DNA from: a virus | Taxonomy: Duplodnaviria > Caudoviricetes | Length of the DNA: 64,000 nucleotides | Reading direction: 5' to 3' (one strand) | Virus record (IMG/VR): IMGVR_UViG_3300033068_001989 | Span: 96,001-160,000 of that record | Shown here: piece after piece, positions 55,712 to 64,000 of the stretch | Numbering within the stretch: the first letter of the stretch is position 1 | Layout of the letters: every line of letters begins with the position of its first letter | The notes under the pieces: generated by a model | The model's input: only the letters and a program-made list of their open reading frames with translations | Told to the model about the DNA's origin: nothing | The model's database searches: none | Made by a program: the position numbers and the translations under genes

Positions 55712-57090
55712 TATTTACTCTTTCCGCTAACTATATCCTGTATTTTAGCTTGTATTTTTGGATCTGTCCAGTTTTTAACCATTGTTTGGAATTCTGGTGT
55801 TAATTTTTTACCATCATCGGTTGATTTTACTAGATCATCGCCGGTATTACCACCTATCAATTTAGCGACTCTTCTTATAGCTTCCTCTGTATTTTTTCCA
55901 TATCCTCCATCAGCTTTTATCTGTTGGCTATCCGGTAATATTGCATTAAGCTTTTCCTGGAAATCTTTTATCGCTTGATAATTAGAACCGCTTTTTTTAA
56001 GATTTTCCTTTTCTATATTACCTGATTTTATCTCTTTAAGATCTGAGGATGTATCTTCTTTCTTATCGCCCTCTTTCTTCTTAGCTTCGGCAGCAGCCTG
56101 CTTATTAACAAGCTCTGATGCTTTAGTTTTTATTTCCTTAGATTTATCTTCAACTGAGGTAAGACTGTCTGTTACTTCTTTATCTATTTTTATCTGAGAT
56201 GTGAATTTAGTTGTAGCGTCGTTCATTGAGCTTTGTATTTTTTCAACCTCTGCCGGTATTTCAGCTAATCTCTCTTTTCTCTCTCTCCTCTTCATTTTGT
56301 CCCATGTATCATCCTTGCTTAATTCATCAGATAATTTACTCATTGCATCAAATGCTGTTTTAGCAGCTTGTTTATATGTGCTATCTAGAGTTGTCTCCTC
56401 AACAGTTTTAAATTGGGCCATTTTCGGTGTTACTATCGTTGTTAGCAATTCGGATCTTCTTTCAGGGAATAGATTTTTATCAAATAATCCTTCATTTAAT
56501 TGTAATTCTTCTCTCCAAGCCTGGAATGATTCCTCCACTGGGGTTTTAGCTTTTTTAAGCTCAGCTGCAAGCTCTGTAACATATTTATTGATAGAATCAT
56601 CTATTCTTTTATTGATACCATCCAAAGATTTTTTCCCTTCCTCTGAAGTAACAAGAGTTGTGTACGATTTCTTTAATAAATCAGAAAATGCTGTAACGTC
56701 TCCACCGATTTGTGATTTATAATCGCCATTAAGTTTTTGAGATACTTTTTTAATTATATCCGCCATGGTATCACCTTTTTTAAGTGGATCTGTTTGTTGT
56801 GATATACTTTGAAGATCCGCAACTACATCGCTATATCCACCATCTATACCTGAAATTATAACGAAATAGATATCAATAAATGCGTTATATAACTGATCAC
56901 CAACTGATGTAGCTGCTGTTGGTGCATTATTGCTTTTGGCTGCATCTTTTTTATCAGCTGGTTCTACTGGTGCTGGTGTTGCTCCCGCAGCTGGTGCTGG
57001 TGTTGCTGGTGTTGCTGGTGTTGCTCCCGCAGCTGGTGTATCAGCTTCGAATATTTTTCCGTATGAATTAAAATCTAATACTCTTTTCAT
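55711..57090 (-). CDS. Putative internal head protein with C-terminal peptidoglycan-binding-like domain
   Basis: N-terminus MKRVLDFNSYGKIFE, PAT-rich linker, C-terminal AIKDFQEKLN...KADGGYGKNTEEAI. Confidence 0.6.
   Translation of the reverse strand: MKRVLDFNSYGKIFEADTPAAGATPATPATPAPAAGATPAPVEPADKKDAAKSNNAPTAATSVGDQLYNAFIDIYFVIISGIDGGYSDVVADLQSISQQTDPLKKGDTMADIIKKVSQKLNGDYKSQIGGDVTAFSDLLKKSYTTLVTSEEGKKSLDGINKRIDDSINKYVTELAAELKKAKTPVEESFQAWREELQLNEGLFDKNLFPERRSELLTTIVTPKMAQFKTVEETTLDSTYKQAAKTAFDAMSKLSDELSKDDTWDKMKRRERKERLAEIPAEVEKIQSSMNDATTKFTSQIKIDKEVTDSLTSVEDKSKEIKTKASELVNKQAAAEAKKKEGDKKEDTSSDLKEIKSGNIEKENLKKSGSNYQAIKDFQEKLNAILPDSQQIKADGGYGKNTEEAIRRVAKLIGGNTGDDLVKSTDDGKKLTPEFQTMVKNWTDPKIQAKIQDIVSGKSK
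56965..57040 (-). repeat. Pro/Ala/Thr low-complexity coding repeat (TPAAGATPATPATPAPAAGATPAP)
   Basis: 9-bp TGTTGCTGG-type units and a duplicated GTTGCTCCCGCAGCTGGTG. Confidence 0.7.
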
Positions 57091-57114
57091 AATATAGTTT
57101 GTATTTTTTAATAG

Positions 57115-57122
57115 TATATATC
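57115..57122 (-). promoter_or_regulatory. Putative late promoter GATATATA
   Basis: Directly abuts the U-tract of the upstream terminator; about 25 nt before the ATG. Confidence 0.65.
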
Positions 57123-57157
57123 AAAAAAAAAACACATAACTAAAGTTATGTGTTTTT
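57123..57157 (-). terminator. Intrinsic terminator after glycan cluster
   Basis: AAAAACACATAAC/GTTATGTGTTTTT stem and long U-tract. Confidence 0.8.
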
Positions 57158-57226
57158 GCTTATTATAGATTCCAATATCCCATTATTAGTAAATATTTCT
57201 ATTCGCTAAATTTCACATGCCTATTT

Positions 57227-58213
57227 TTAATTATTTTTATAATACTCGATCCAATGTGATATCATCTCGTCTAGCATCGTTTCGAATGTATAACTAGGGA
57301 GCCATCCTATTTCTTTTCTTAATTTAGTTGAATCACCTTTTAGATCCTCTAATTCTTCGGGTCTAAGGTATTTTTCGCTAGTCTCTACATAATCTTCCCA
57401 TCTAAGCTCCAATTTATCAAAAACATATTCAACCAATTCTTTAACAGTGTGTGATTCACCAGTGGAGCAAACAAAGTCTCCTGGTACATCCTGCTGTAAC
57501 ATCATCCACATAGCTTTAACGTAATCTTTTGCGTGACCCCAATCTCTAGACGCATTTAGATTGCCTAGAACGAGCTTTTTTTCAAGACCCAACTTAATCT
57601 CTACCGCTGTCTTTACAACCTTGTTAGTGACAAAATTAACACCTCTACGGGGTGATTCATGATTGAATAAGATACCATTGCTTATGAACATATCATAGGA
57701 ATTCCTATAATTTCTACAGATATTATAGGAAAATACTTTAGCACAGCCATATGGTGAAACTGGATTCATCTGTGTTGATTCCCTTTGATATCCATCCTGG
57801 TCTATCGTATTCCCAAACATTTCTGATGATGATGCCTGATATATTCTTATATTTTTATTATGTAATCTTATTGCTTCGAGTAGATTAAGCGTACCTATTC
57901 CTGTTGCTTGTGCAGTATATACCGGCTGATCGAATGATATTCTTACATGCGATTGTGCAGCTAGATTATAAACCTCAGATGGATCTGATATTTTTAATGC
58001 ATGAAGAAGTGAGGGTACATCTAGTAAATCTGCATAGATGAGATTATCCTTTATTTTATCATATATGGTATCAAGTCTGGATGTTTGATTTTCTGATACC
58101 GAGTTTCTTTTTATTGTACCAAATACTTCGTAACCCTTATCAATTAAAAATTCTGCAAGATAGCTACCATCCTGCCCATTTATACCTGTTATTAATGCTC
58201 TTGTTTTTTCCAT
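57227..58213 (-). CDS. gmd: GDP-mannose 4,6-dehydratase
   Basis: ALITGINGQDGSYLAE, NLAAQSHV, QASSSE, SPYGCAK, LFNHESPRRG, RDWGHAKDY. Confidence 0.95.
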   Translation of the reverse strand: MEKTRALITGINGQDGSYLAEFLIDKGYEVFGTIKRNSVSENQTSRLDTIYDKIKDNLIYADLLDVPSLLHALKISDPSEVYNLAAQSHVRISFDQPVYTAQATGIGTLNLLEAIRLHNKNIRIYQASSSEMFGNTIDQDGYQRESTQMNPVSPYGCAKVFSYNICRNYRNSYDMFISNGILFNHESPRRGVNFVTNKVVKTAVEIKLGLEKKLVLGNLNASRDWGHAKDYVKAMWMMLQQDVPGDFVCSTGESHTVKELVEYVFDKLELRWEDYVETSEKYLRPEELEDLKGDSTKLRKEIGWLPSYTFETMLDEMISHWIEYYKNN

Positions 58214-58218
58214 GTATA

Positions 58219-59145
58219 TTATAGTCTAACTTTTGGATAGTTTTCATTGAACCACGATATGGATTTCTCAAGACCCTCTCTTATTGGGGTAAATTCGAAA
58301 TTTGGAAATATTTCTTTGATGACTGAATTATCACTAGGCTTCCTGTATTGTCCATCAGGTTTTGATTTATCGAATATAATTTCTCCGTCATATTCCATTA
58401 TATCTGCAATCATTTCAACAACGGATCCTATGGATATTTCCTCGGAGGTTGATAGTATAACTGGATCGGATCCATCGTAATTATCATAGAGCAATCTTGT
58501 TAATTTTGCAACATCCTCGGAGAATATAAATTCTCTTAGAGGTCTACCTGAACCCCAAACTTTAAATTCTGTTTTATTCTTTTTTGCAAGATACATCTTA
58601 TGTATAAGCATCGGTATAACATGGCCAGACTCGAGATTGTAATTATCGGAAGGTCCATAGATATTGCATGGGATCACACTAAAATAATTAACACCATATT
58701 GCTCTCTATATGATTTTATCTGTATATCAGCCATTCTTTTTGCATATGCATAAGCATAGTTTGACGGATGTGGTGGACCCAGATGTATTTTATCTGGTGA
58801 TAGTGGATATTCAACATTATCTGGAAAAACACACGTTGAAAGGAATGCAATAAATTTTTTTATTCCAAAATTTCGGGCAGAATCTATTATTGCTGTGTTC
58901 ATTGATATATTCTCATAGAAGAACTGTCCTTGGCCGTTCATATTACCTTGTATACCTCCTACCTTTGCTGCGCAATGAATTATACCCTCCGGTAAATCAC
59001 CAATTTTTTCAGACCAGTAGAAATGCTCATCTATGTATTTTTGATTGAGTAGGTTTAGATCGCTTGAACCGATTCTTTCATATTCTGTTCCTTTAAATTG
59101 TGAACCAACCAGGCCATATGCTCCTGTTACTAATATTTTTCCCAT
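58219..59145 (-). CDS. fcl: GDP-L-fucose synthase
   Basis: GAYGLVG, HCAAKVGGI, STCVFP, YAYAKR, PCNIYG, HVIP, VWGSGRPLREF, KPDG. Confidence 0.93.
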   Translation of the reverse strand: MGKILVTGAYGLVGSQFKGTEYERIGSSDLNLLNQKYIDEHFYWSEKIGDLPEGIIHCAAKVGGIQGNMNGQGQFFYENISMNTAIIDSARNFGIKKFIAFLSTCVFPDNVEYPLSPDKIHLGPPHPSNYAYAYAKRMADIQIKSYREQYGVNYFSVIPCNIYGPSDNYNLESGHVIPMLIHKMYLAKKNKTEFKVWGSGRPLREFIFSEDVAKLTRLLYDNYDGSDPVILSTSEEISIGSVVEMIADIMEYDGEIIFDKSKPDGQYRKPSDNSVIKEIFPNFEFTPIREGLEKSISWFNENYPKVRL

Positions 59146-59958
59146 TTACATTTTTTTATATTTTCTTATATAATCCTGATTTGTATAATATTCAAGAGTT
59201 TCGTGCATATTTAATGTTTCCAGATAATTATAGATGTCCCAATTTTCTCTAAAGAAATTATTAGCAGGACTGCTATCATTTCCCCTATGATGTTCTAGAT
59301 GATATACCATAAAATGATCAACCCACCTTACATTTAATCCAAGTTTAATGAATCTTTTCCCTCTCTCTTTGTCTTCCGGTCCATATGATATGAAGTTTTC
59401 ATTTTCACCTCCATATGCTCTATATGAATTTGTATTAAAGAATATGCAATGTCCGTATTCCGTATAAAAATCTGAAAATAATGAGGGGTCTGAATCTATA
59501 TAGTCCAGATTTAGATCGTTGTTGAATAGATTTTCGTGTATGTTTGGTGTTTGTAAAACTGTTCTTTGTGTCATTCCACCGAAAGAATAAGGATACAGTA
59601 CATCTACGTTTTCTTCTAGTATCATTCTGACCGATTCTGTATACACTTCTGGTTTCATCAGAACGTCTATATCATAATTAGCAACTACCGGGGTTTCCAC
59701 TGAATCTAACATTATATTTAGATATTTTGTTCTATGAAATGCTTCCTCTGGTTTCTCTACCCAGTGCTTTATTTCTATATTCTTAAGGGTATCTAGAAAA
59801 TCTAATCTGGATTCATTATCTGATACCTCATAGATAAAAACATTCGTATTGAAATTCTTGTTTATATAATTTAGAACAGTTTTTGCATTATTATATCTGT
59901 CCTTATGTTCTATTAATATTGGTATAATAATAGTACAGTTTTTTAAATCTCTAACCAT
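59146..59958 (-). CDS. GT-A fold glycosyltransferase (GT2/GT7C-like)
   Basis: IIIP, NYDIDV, GGENENFISYGPEDKE, HLEH. Confidence 0.78.
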   Translation of the reverse strand: MVRDLKNCTIIIPILIEHKDRYNNAKTVLNYINKNFNTNVFIYEVSDNESRLDFLDTLKNIEIKHWVEKPEEAFHRTKYLNIMLDSVETPVVANYDIDVLMKPEVYTESVRMILEENVDVLYPYSFGGMTQRTVLQTPNIHENLFNNDLNLDYIDSDPSLFSDFYTEYGHCIFFNTNSYRAYGGENENFISYGPEDKERGKRFIKLGLNVRWVDHFMVYHLEHHRGNDSSPANNFFRENWDIYNYLETLNMHETLEYYTNQDYIRKYKKM

Positions 59959-60667
59959 TTCTCAATTCTCTTTTTTTGTCCTCGCCTCCCTTATCAAGAA
60001 AGACTATAGTTGGGGTATTACCATATTCATATTCGCTTGGACAGGAAAATCCTATACCTAATATTCTATCCGGTTTATTATCCATGAAATATTTATTTAG
60101 ATGTGATTCATCATGCCATATAGCTATTATACCATCCTCCAGATCTAGATCTATATTTTTACTAATTTTTTCGGACATTTCTATAAATGATTTCGAATCA
60201 GCACCAAAAAATCCACCGCAATAGTAATGCTCATTTTTACCAGTTTCTATAAATGCTCTGGATTTAGGATTTCTTTCAGGTGTTCCCTGTGGGTTCCAGG
60301 ATATTAGTGTAAATCCAGGATGTAGGGTACCTATGGTTCCATTATCTCCACTTATCATATCGGATAATGGTAGTTGTTTTCTGAATATGCTATCAACATC
60401 TATATAAAACGAAAAGTCGGATTTTTCTATCGTTTCCCTACCTAAAAGAAAATAGTGGAATCTTTTCAATGTCGGCATTGGCCAAGGCTCTCTAGATATT
60501 TCAACTTTTTCTATATCTTGTGAATCCGTGATATCTTGTGAATCCGTGTATATTATAAAACTTAATTCGCAATCATTAACAAACATATCTCTTGCTGATT
60601 TGATAATATCATCTAGAAATAGCGTATATTTATTTGTTGCTATAAGATTTAGAGTAACTTTTTTCAT
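59951..60667 (-). CDS. GT6 family glycosyltransferase (ABO/alpha-1,3-Gal(NAc)T-like)
   Basis: IATNKY, TLKRF, DVD, GTLHPGF, ERNPKSRAFI, YYCGGFFG, AIWHDESHLNKY. Confidence 0.9.
   Translation of the reverse strand: MKKVTLNLIATNKYTLFLDDIIKSARDMFVNDCELSFIIYTDSQDITDSQDIEKVEISREPWPMPTLKRFHYFLLGRETIEKSDFSFYIDVDSIFRKQLPLSDMISGDNGTIGTLHPGFTLISWNPQGTPERNPKSRAFIETGKNEHYYCGGFFGADSKSFIEMSEKISKNIDLDLEDGIIAIWHDESHLNKYFMDNKPDRILGIGFSCPSEYEYGNTPTIVFLDKGGEDKKRELRNG
60513..60548. repeat. Perfect 18-bp tandem duplication inside GT6 (TDSQDI x2)
   Basis: ATATCTTGTGAATCCGTG repeated twice. Confidence 0.9.
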
Positions 60668-60710
60668 TTACTTTTTATCTTTATAGTAATAATCGGGTAA
60701 ATTATTTCCA

Positions 60711-61151
60711 CTATATTTTGTATTTCTCTATAAAATCACTACAAACACCGGAACATCCATCTATTGGATCCTGATTAATTTCTGGCATTACAGCTATGCT
60801 ATTCCTTATCGGTTGTTTCCCAGGATATGCCCAAATATGGTTATGACTTGTTAATGTTAACGTATCTTCTTCGTGCCAAAAATAATTTACATCATAACCA
60901 CATTCTTTAAAAAACACTACGGCTTCAACGTTCTTACAGTGGACCCAAAGTTTAGATAACCTATCACGAATAAATCTAAAATCGATATCATAATCTGGTT
61001 TATCATGACCCAGCCACAACATATTGTCTTTAAACCAAACATCAATTTCAACATCATATCCTTTTTTTATAGCTAAATCGATGTACGTTGGCTCATTCTC
61101 CCATGACTCAAATTTACCATTAATATTACCCCTATGTGCGATTAATATCAT
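60711..61151 (-). CDS. Short PLC-like/glycerophosphodiester phosphodiesterase-fold protein
   Basis: IAHRGN, EN, VEIDV, LGHD, VHCKN, GVCSD motifs. Confidence 0.7.
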   Translation of the reverse strand: MILIAHRGNINGKFESWENEPTYIDLAIKKGYDVEIDVWFKDNMLWLGHDKPDYDIDFRFIRDRLSKLWVHCKNVEAVVFFKECGYDVNYFWHEEDTLTLTSHNHIWAYPGKQPIRNSIAVMPEINQDPIDGCSGVCSDFIEKYKI

Positions 61152-62119
61152 ATCTTGTTTATTAAATTTAATTTATAATATTCCTCTATTTCTTTTTGAT
61201 AGATTCTATGTGGAGTGTTTATTGTGTTATATGCCATATGTAGGCAGAATCCATTCCTTATGAAAACCATATTCAGATTATTTTTTTCCATGTATAGATT
61301 AAGAGGAACCTCGTCGTAGGGATCTCTAAAAAGGGATTTATCGTTGATTATTTTTTTCCACGTATCTGTTTTTATAAAATAAAAACTGTTACAGAAATAT
61401 GGGAATTTTAATTTTTCTAGTCTATAATTATTTGGCCCCATTAATTTTAATGGTTCCCCGCAGATATATTCAGCTAATTTATTATGTGCTTCTATTGATA
61501 CCCTAACTGGATGTATTCCCTTATAATAATGATCTATTTTATAGATATCTTCATAGAATTCATAATTCCATTTTTTTCTAATTTTATTCAGGGATTCGTA
61601 ATTTGCACCCCACATATTATCTATTTTTGTTTTTATAAATATCTGGTGCATTTCATTTTTTTGTTCATCTGTACAAAAGTCCTCTATGAATAGATCAACA
61701 GAAGGAATACCGTTTGATATAAGTGGAGATACGAACAGATTGGAGTTATCGTCTAGAATTTCGAGATTATCTATTATATAATCCCATACATGTGACGATA
61801 TTAGTATATCATCATCCATGGAACAAGAATATTTATATTCGGAATTTGCAAGATGTTCTATCTTGCTCATATAATTGGTTCCTATCTCATCTCTCTTGTC
61901 TATGCATATCGAATTTGAACTTATACCTAATCTTACAAATTCGGAAGATTCTGTTTCCCATATGCTACTTTCTTGAATATTAGAAAAACATATAACAACA
62001 TATATTTTTTTATTATTTCTTATTTTTCTAATCTCATTCAGTGATTTTCTTGTAAATTCTATTCTATCTGTATTATGAGCTAGTATATTTATTTGTAACA
62101 TTTTTTCCATATTATTCAT
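61148..62119 (-). CDS. Putative GT-A glycosyltransferase
   Basis: NYMSKI, SMDDD, SNGIPSV, YKGIHPVR, DEVPLN, HMAYN; paralogue of neighbour. Confidence 0.55.
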   Translation of the reverse strand: MNNMEKMLQINILAHNTDRIEFTRKSLNEIRKIRNNKKIYVVICFSNIQESSIWETESSEFVRLGISSNSICIDKRDEIGTNYMSKIEHLANSEYKYSCSMDDDILISSHVWDYIIDNLEILDDNSNLFVSPLISNGIPSVDLFIEDFCTDEQKNEMHQIFIKTKIDNMWGANYESLNKIRKKWNYEFYEDIYKIDHYYKGIHPVRVSIEAHNKLAEYICGEPLKLMGPNNYRLEKLKFPYFCNSFYFIKTDTWKKIINDKSLFRDPYDEVPLNLYMEKNNLNMVFIRNGFCLHMAYNTINTPHRIYQKEIEEYYKLNLINKI

Positions 62120-63152
62120 ATAAGGATTTTATAAAATCCATCTCGTATAAATCTAACGAGTTTTCCGGCTTCTCTATGTTACTTCCACCGTCTACCTCAT
62201 TTAGATACCATCTCCAGTTATATGTCATATGGATTGCATAACCGCCTCTGATTATTATATGATTAAGATTGTTGATCCATGAGAATCTATTGATTGGTAC
62301 CTCGTCACACCCATCAATTATAAGATTCTCGTGATTTATTATTTTATCATATTTGTCAGTTCTTATAACAAAACACATATCACAAAGATATGTTGAATAT
62401 TCTGCTCTAATTGGTTTGCAATCTTTAGAGGCAAAGAATTTTTCCCTGTTATTTATAATTCCATCATTTATGAGCTTATTACCAAATCCATGTCTTACTG
62501 GGTGCATTCCCTTATAAAATTTACAGTAGTTATTTATTGTTCTCCCATTACCTATATCGGTAAGCCCATCCATGTAAGAATTAATGGACCTATAATAATT
62601 TATATAATCCCATGGTTCTTGACTATTTACTGTGTGCTGATTTAATGGAGTATAATCCATTATTCCATCCTGTACCTGAAATACACATCTACTGAATTCC
62701 CTCCTTATTTCGTTAGCATATTCAGGATCAAAAAAATCATCTATAAAATATTCAACCGATGGTATTCCTGTTGAGATCGTAGGTGATAATGTTAGTGTTG
62801 AGTCGTCATTCAGAAGTTCGCATTCTTGAATTATATAATCCATTGTATATGCTGGAACTATTACATCATTATCAAATTTCATGATGTATTTATACCCATT
62901 AGTTTTTGCATAGTCTATAGCATATCTAACTTTTGGTAGATAATTACTTTGCGGACATTCAACTCCTGCCAAATCATAATCTAGCCCACTATTTCTGAGC
63001 TCGTTGTCATAGAATGAAAGATCGTTACTAGAATTAACTATTAATATTTTTACATCCTCTTTATTTTTCATCTTTTTAATTTCATCAATAAACTTTCCAA
63101 ATACAAAGTATCTGTCATTGCTTGTTAGATAAAATATTAATAATTTATTCAT
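62112..63152 (-). CDS. Putative GT-A glycosyltransferase
   Basis: NYLPKV, KFDND, STGIPSV, YKGMHPVR, DEVPIN, HMTYN. Confidence 0.55.
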   Translation of the reverse strand: MNKLLIFYLTSNDRYFVFGKFIDEIKKMKNKEDVKILIVNSSNDLSFYDNELRNSGLDYDLAGVECPQSNYLPKVRYAIDYAKTNGYKYIMKFDNDVIVPAYTMDYIIQECELLNDDSTLTLSPTISTGIPSVEYFIDDFFDPEYANEIRREFSRCVFQVQDGIMDYTPLNQHTVNSQEPWDYINYYRSINSYMDGLTDIGNGRTINNYCKFYKGMHPVRHGFGNKLINDGIINNREKFFASKDCKPIRAEYSTYLCDMCFVIRTDKYDKIINHENLIIDGCDEVPINRFSWINNLNHIIIRGGYAIHMTYNWRWYLNEVDGGSNIEKPENSLDLYEMDFIKSLYE

Positions 63153-63165
63153 TTTATAATGCTAT

Positions 63166-64000
63166 TTATTGTTTATGATTTTCTAAGTAATAATCTAAAT
63201 CCTCAGGAGTTCCCAATCCCCACATACCGCTTGTATTGAAGGTTCTTATTATTAATCCTCTTTCGATTGCTTGATTGAAAACTGGACAAACGTAAAATTC
63301 ATTATTTATTCTGATATTCTTGTCTATCATCTCCTCTGCGCAGCTTACAAAATCTGAACCTCTCTTCCAATAGTAATAGCCAACCGTTGCTATATCCGAT
63401 ATTGGATTTTTTTCTGCTACCTCTGTAACTATTCCAGCTTCATCTATTTTTGCAAATGACCATTTAGGATGTGTAGCCGTAAATGTAACTATTCCTCCAT
63501 CGGAGTTGGTTTCATTCATTTTATACATAAATTCATTGGAATCCCATTCAACGAATTGATCTGAATTTGCAAAAAATAATGGTGAATCATTATTTATGTA
63601 ATTTTTTGCTAATAGACTCGTACATGCTGCACCCTCAGTTATTCCGTCAGTTTCAACTATTGTACATCCTGGTGTTATTAAATTAAGAAGCGTGTCAAGA
63701 TTGTATTTTTCTCTATGGCTTTTCTGTACTATATAGATATAATTTGCATCTATATTTAAGTTCTCTACCACGAGTTGTATCATTGGCTTTTTATTAACCT
63801 CTATTAGTGGCTTGGGAAATGTATATCCCGCTTTTTCGAATCTGCTTCCTGCCCCTGCCATAGGTATTAATACATTTAGCCTCTCGTCCTTCCATTTTGG
63901 GGTACTCTTCATAATTTCTGTATTTAATTTATTTTTAATTCTGTTGTATGTTACATCAGCTGGAGAATTTACCCTAAGTACATCCGCTCTGCTTCTTGAT
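63166..64000 (-). CDS. Sugar-phosphate nucleotidyltransferase, probably fused to an N-terminal HAD phosphatase (partial)
   Basis: IPMAGAGSRF, PKPLI, ANSDQ, AEKNPISD, GLGTPEDL; frame stays open upstream of the ATG at 63912 to the window edge (SRSRADVLRVNSPADVTY..., resembling a HAD C-terminus). Confidence 0.8.
   Translation of the reverse strand, partial: SRSRADVLRVNSPADVTYNRIKNKLNTEIMKSTPKWKDERLNVLIPMAGAGSRFEKAGYTFPKPLIEVNKKPMIQLVVENLNIDANYIYIVQKSHREKYNLDTLLNLITPGCTIVETDGITEGAACTSLLAKNYINNDSPLFFANSDQFVEWDSNEFMYKMNETNSDGGIVTFTATHPKWSFAKIDEAGIVTEVAEKNPISDIATVGYYYWKRGSDFVSCAEEMIDKNIRINNEFYVCPVFNQAIERGLIIRTFNTSGMWGLGTPEDLDYYLENHKQ

Noticed and set aside
2603-61983. Numerous plus-strand ORFs of 60-254 aa in the ORF track (e.g. 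54066..54830, 51428..52006, 19336..19866)
   Set aside because: They lie antisense to well-supported minus-strand genes and have the Ser/Phe/Leu-rich composition of shadow ORFs, with no motifs.
1-64000. Stop-codon reassignment (TAG/TGA recoding as in some large phages)
   Set aside because: Core genes are full-length under code 11, and TAG ends several genes at the expected C-terminus (e.g. gp4, gp55, TerL).
1-64000. tRNA or rRNA genes
   Set aside because: Intergenic gaps are short and AT-rich, and no cloverleaf or T-loop (GTTCGA) structure was found in them by eye; tRNAscan-SE would confirm.

Overview
This window is the core head/tail morphogenesis and replication region of a large, AT-rich T4-like (myovirus, probably jumbo) bacteriophage. 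Essentially all real genes are on the minus strand and use the standard genetic code. Structural genes include the major capsid protein, a prohead protease fused to a 14-aa-repeat scaffold, two tandem full-length portal paralogues, gp4, TerL and a probable TerS, a neck gp14-like fusion, gp15, a 1115-aa sheath, two tail tubes and hub/tape-measure-like genes. Replication and recombination genes include UvsX, gp41, gp46/47, the clamp loader, RNase H and ligase. There are also nucleotide kinases, a dCMP deaminase, an ECF-type sigma, a gp55-like late sigma and a glycan cluster (Gmd, Fcl, ABO-like GT6, other GTs). The intergenic DNA shows three recurring promoter-like motif classes: Bacteroidota-type TAnnTTTG, GAAAY-N17/18-TAnAA, and GATATATA. 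Their placement suggests a host sigma -> phage ECF sigma -> gp55 cascade and a Bacteroidota host. Other notable items are a -1 frameshift candidate extending an 853-aa virion protein, a family of proteins with T4 capsid-targeting-like motifs, a late-promoter motif inside a terminator loop, and a degenerate UvsE. All family assignments come from motif recognition by eye, not from database searches.
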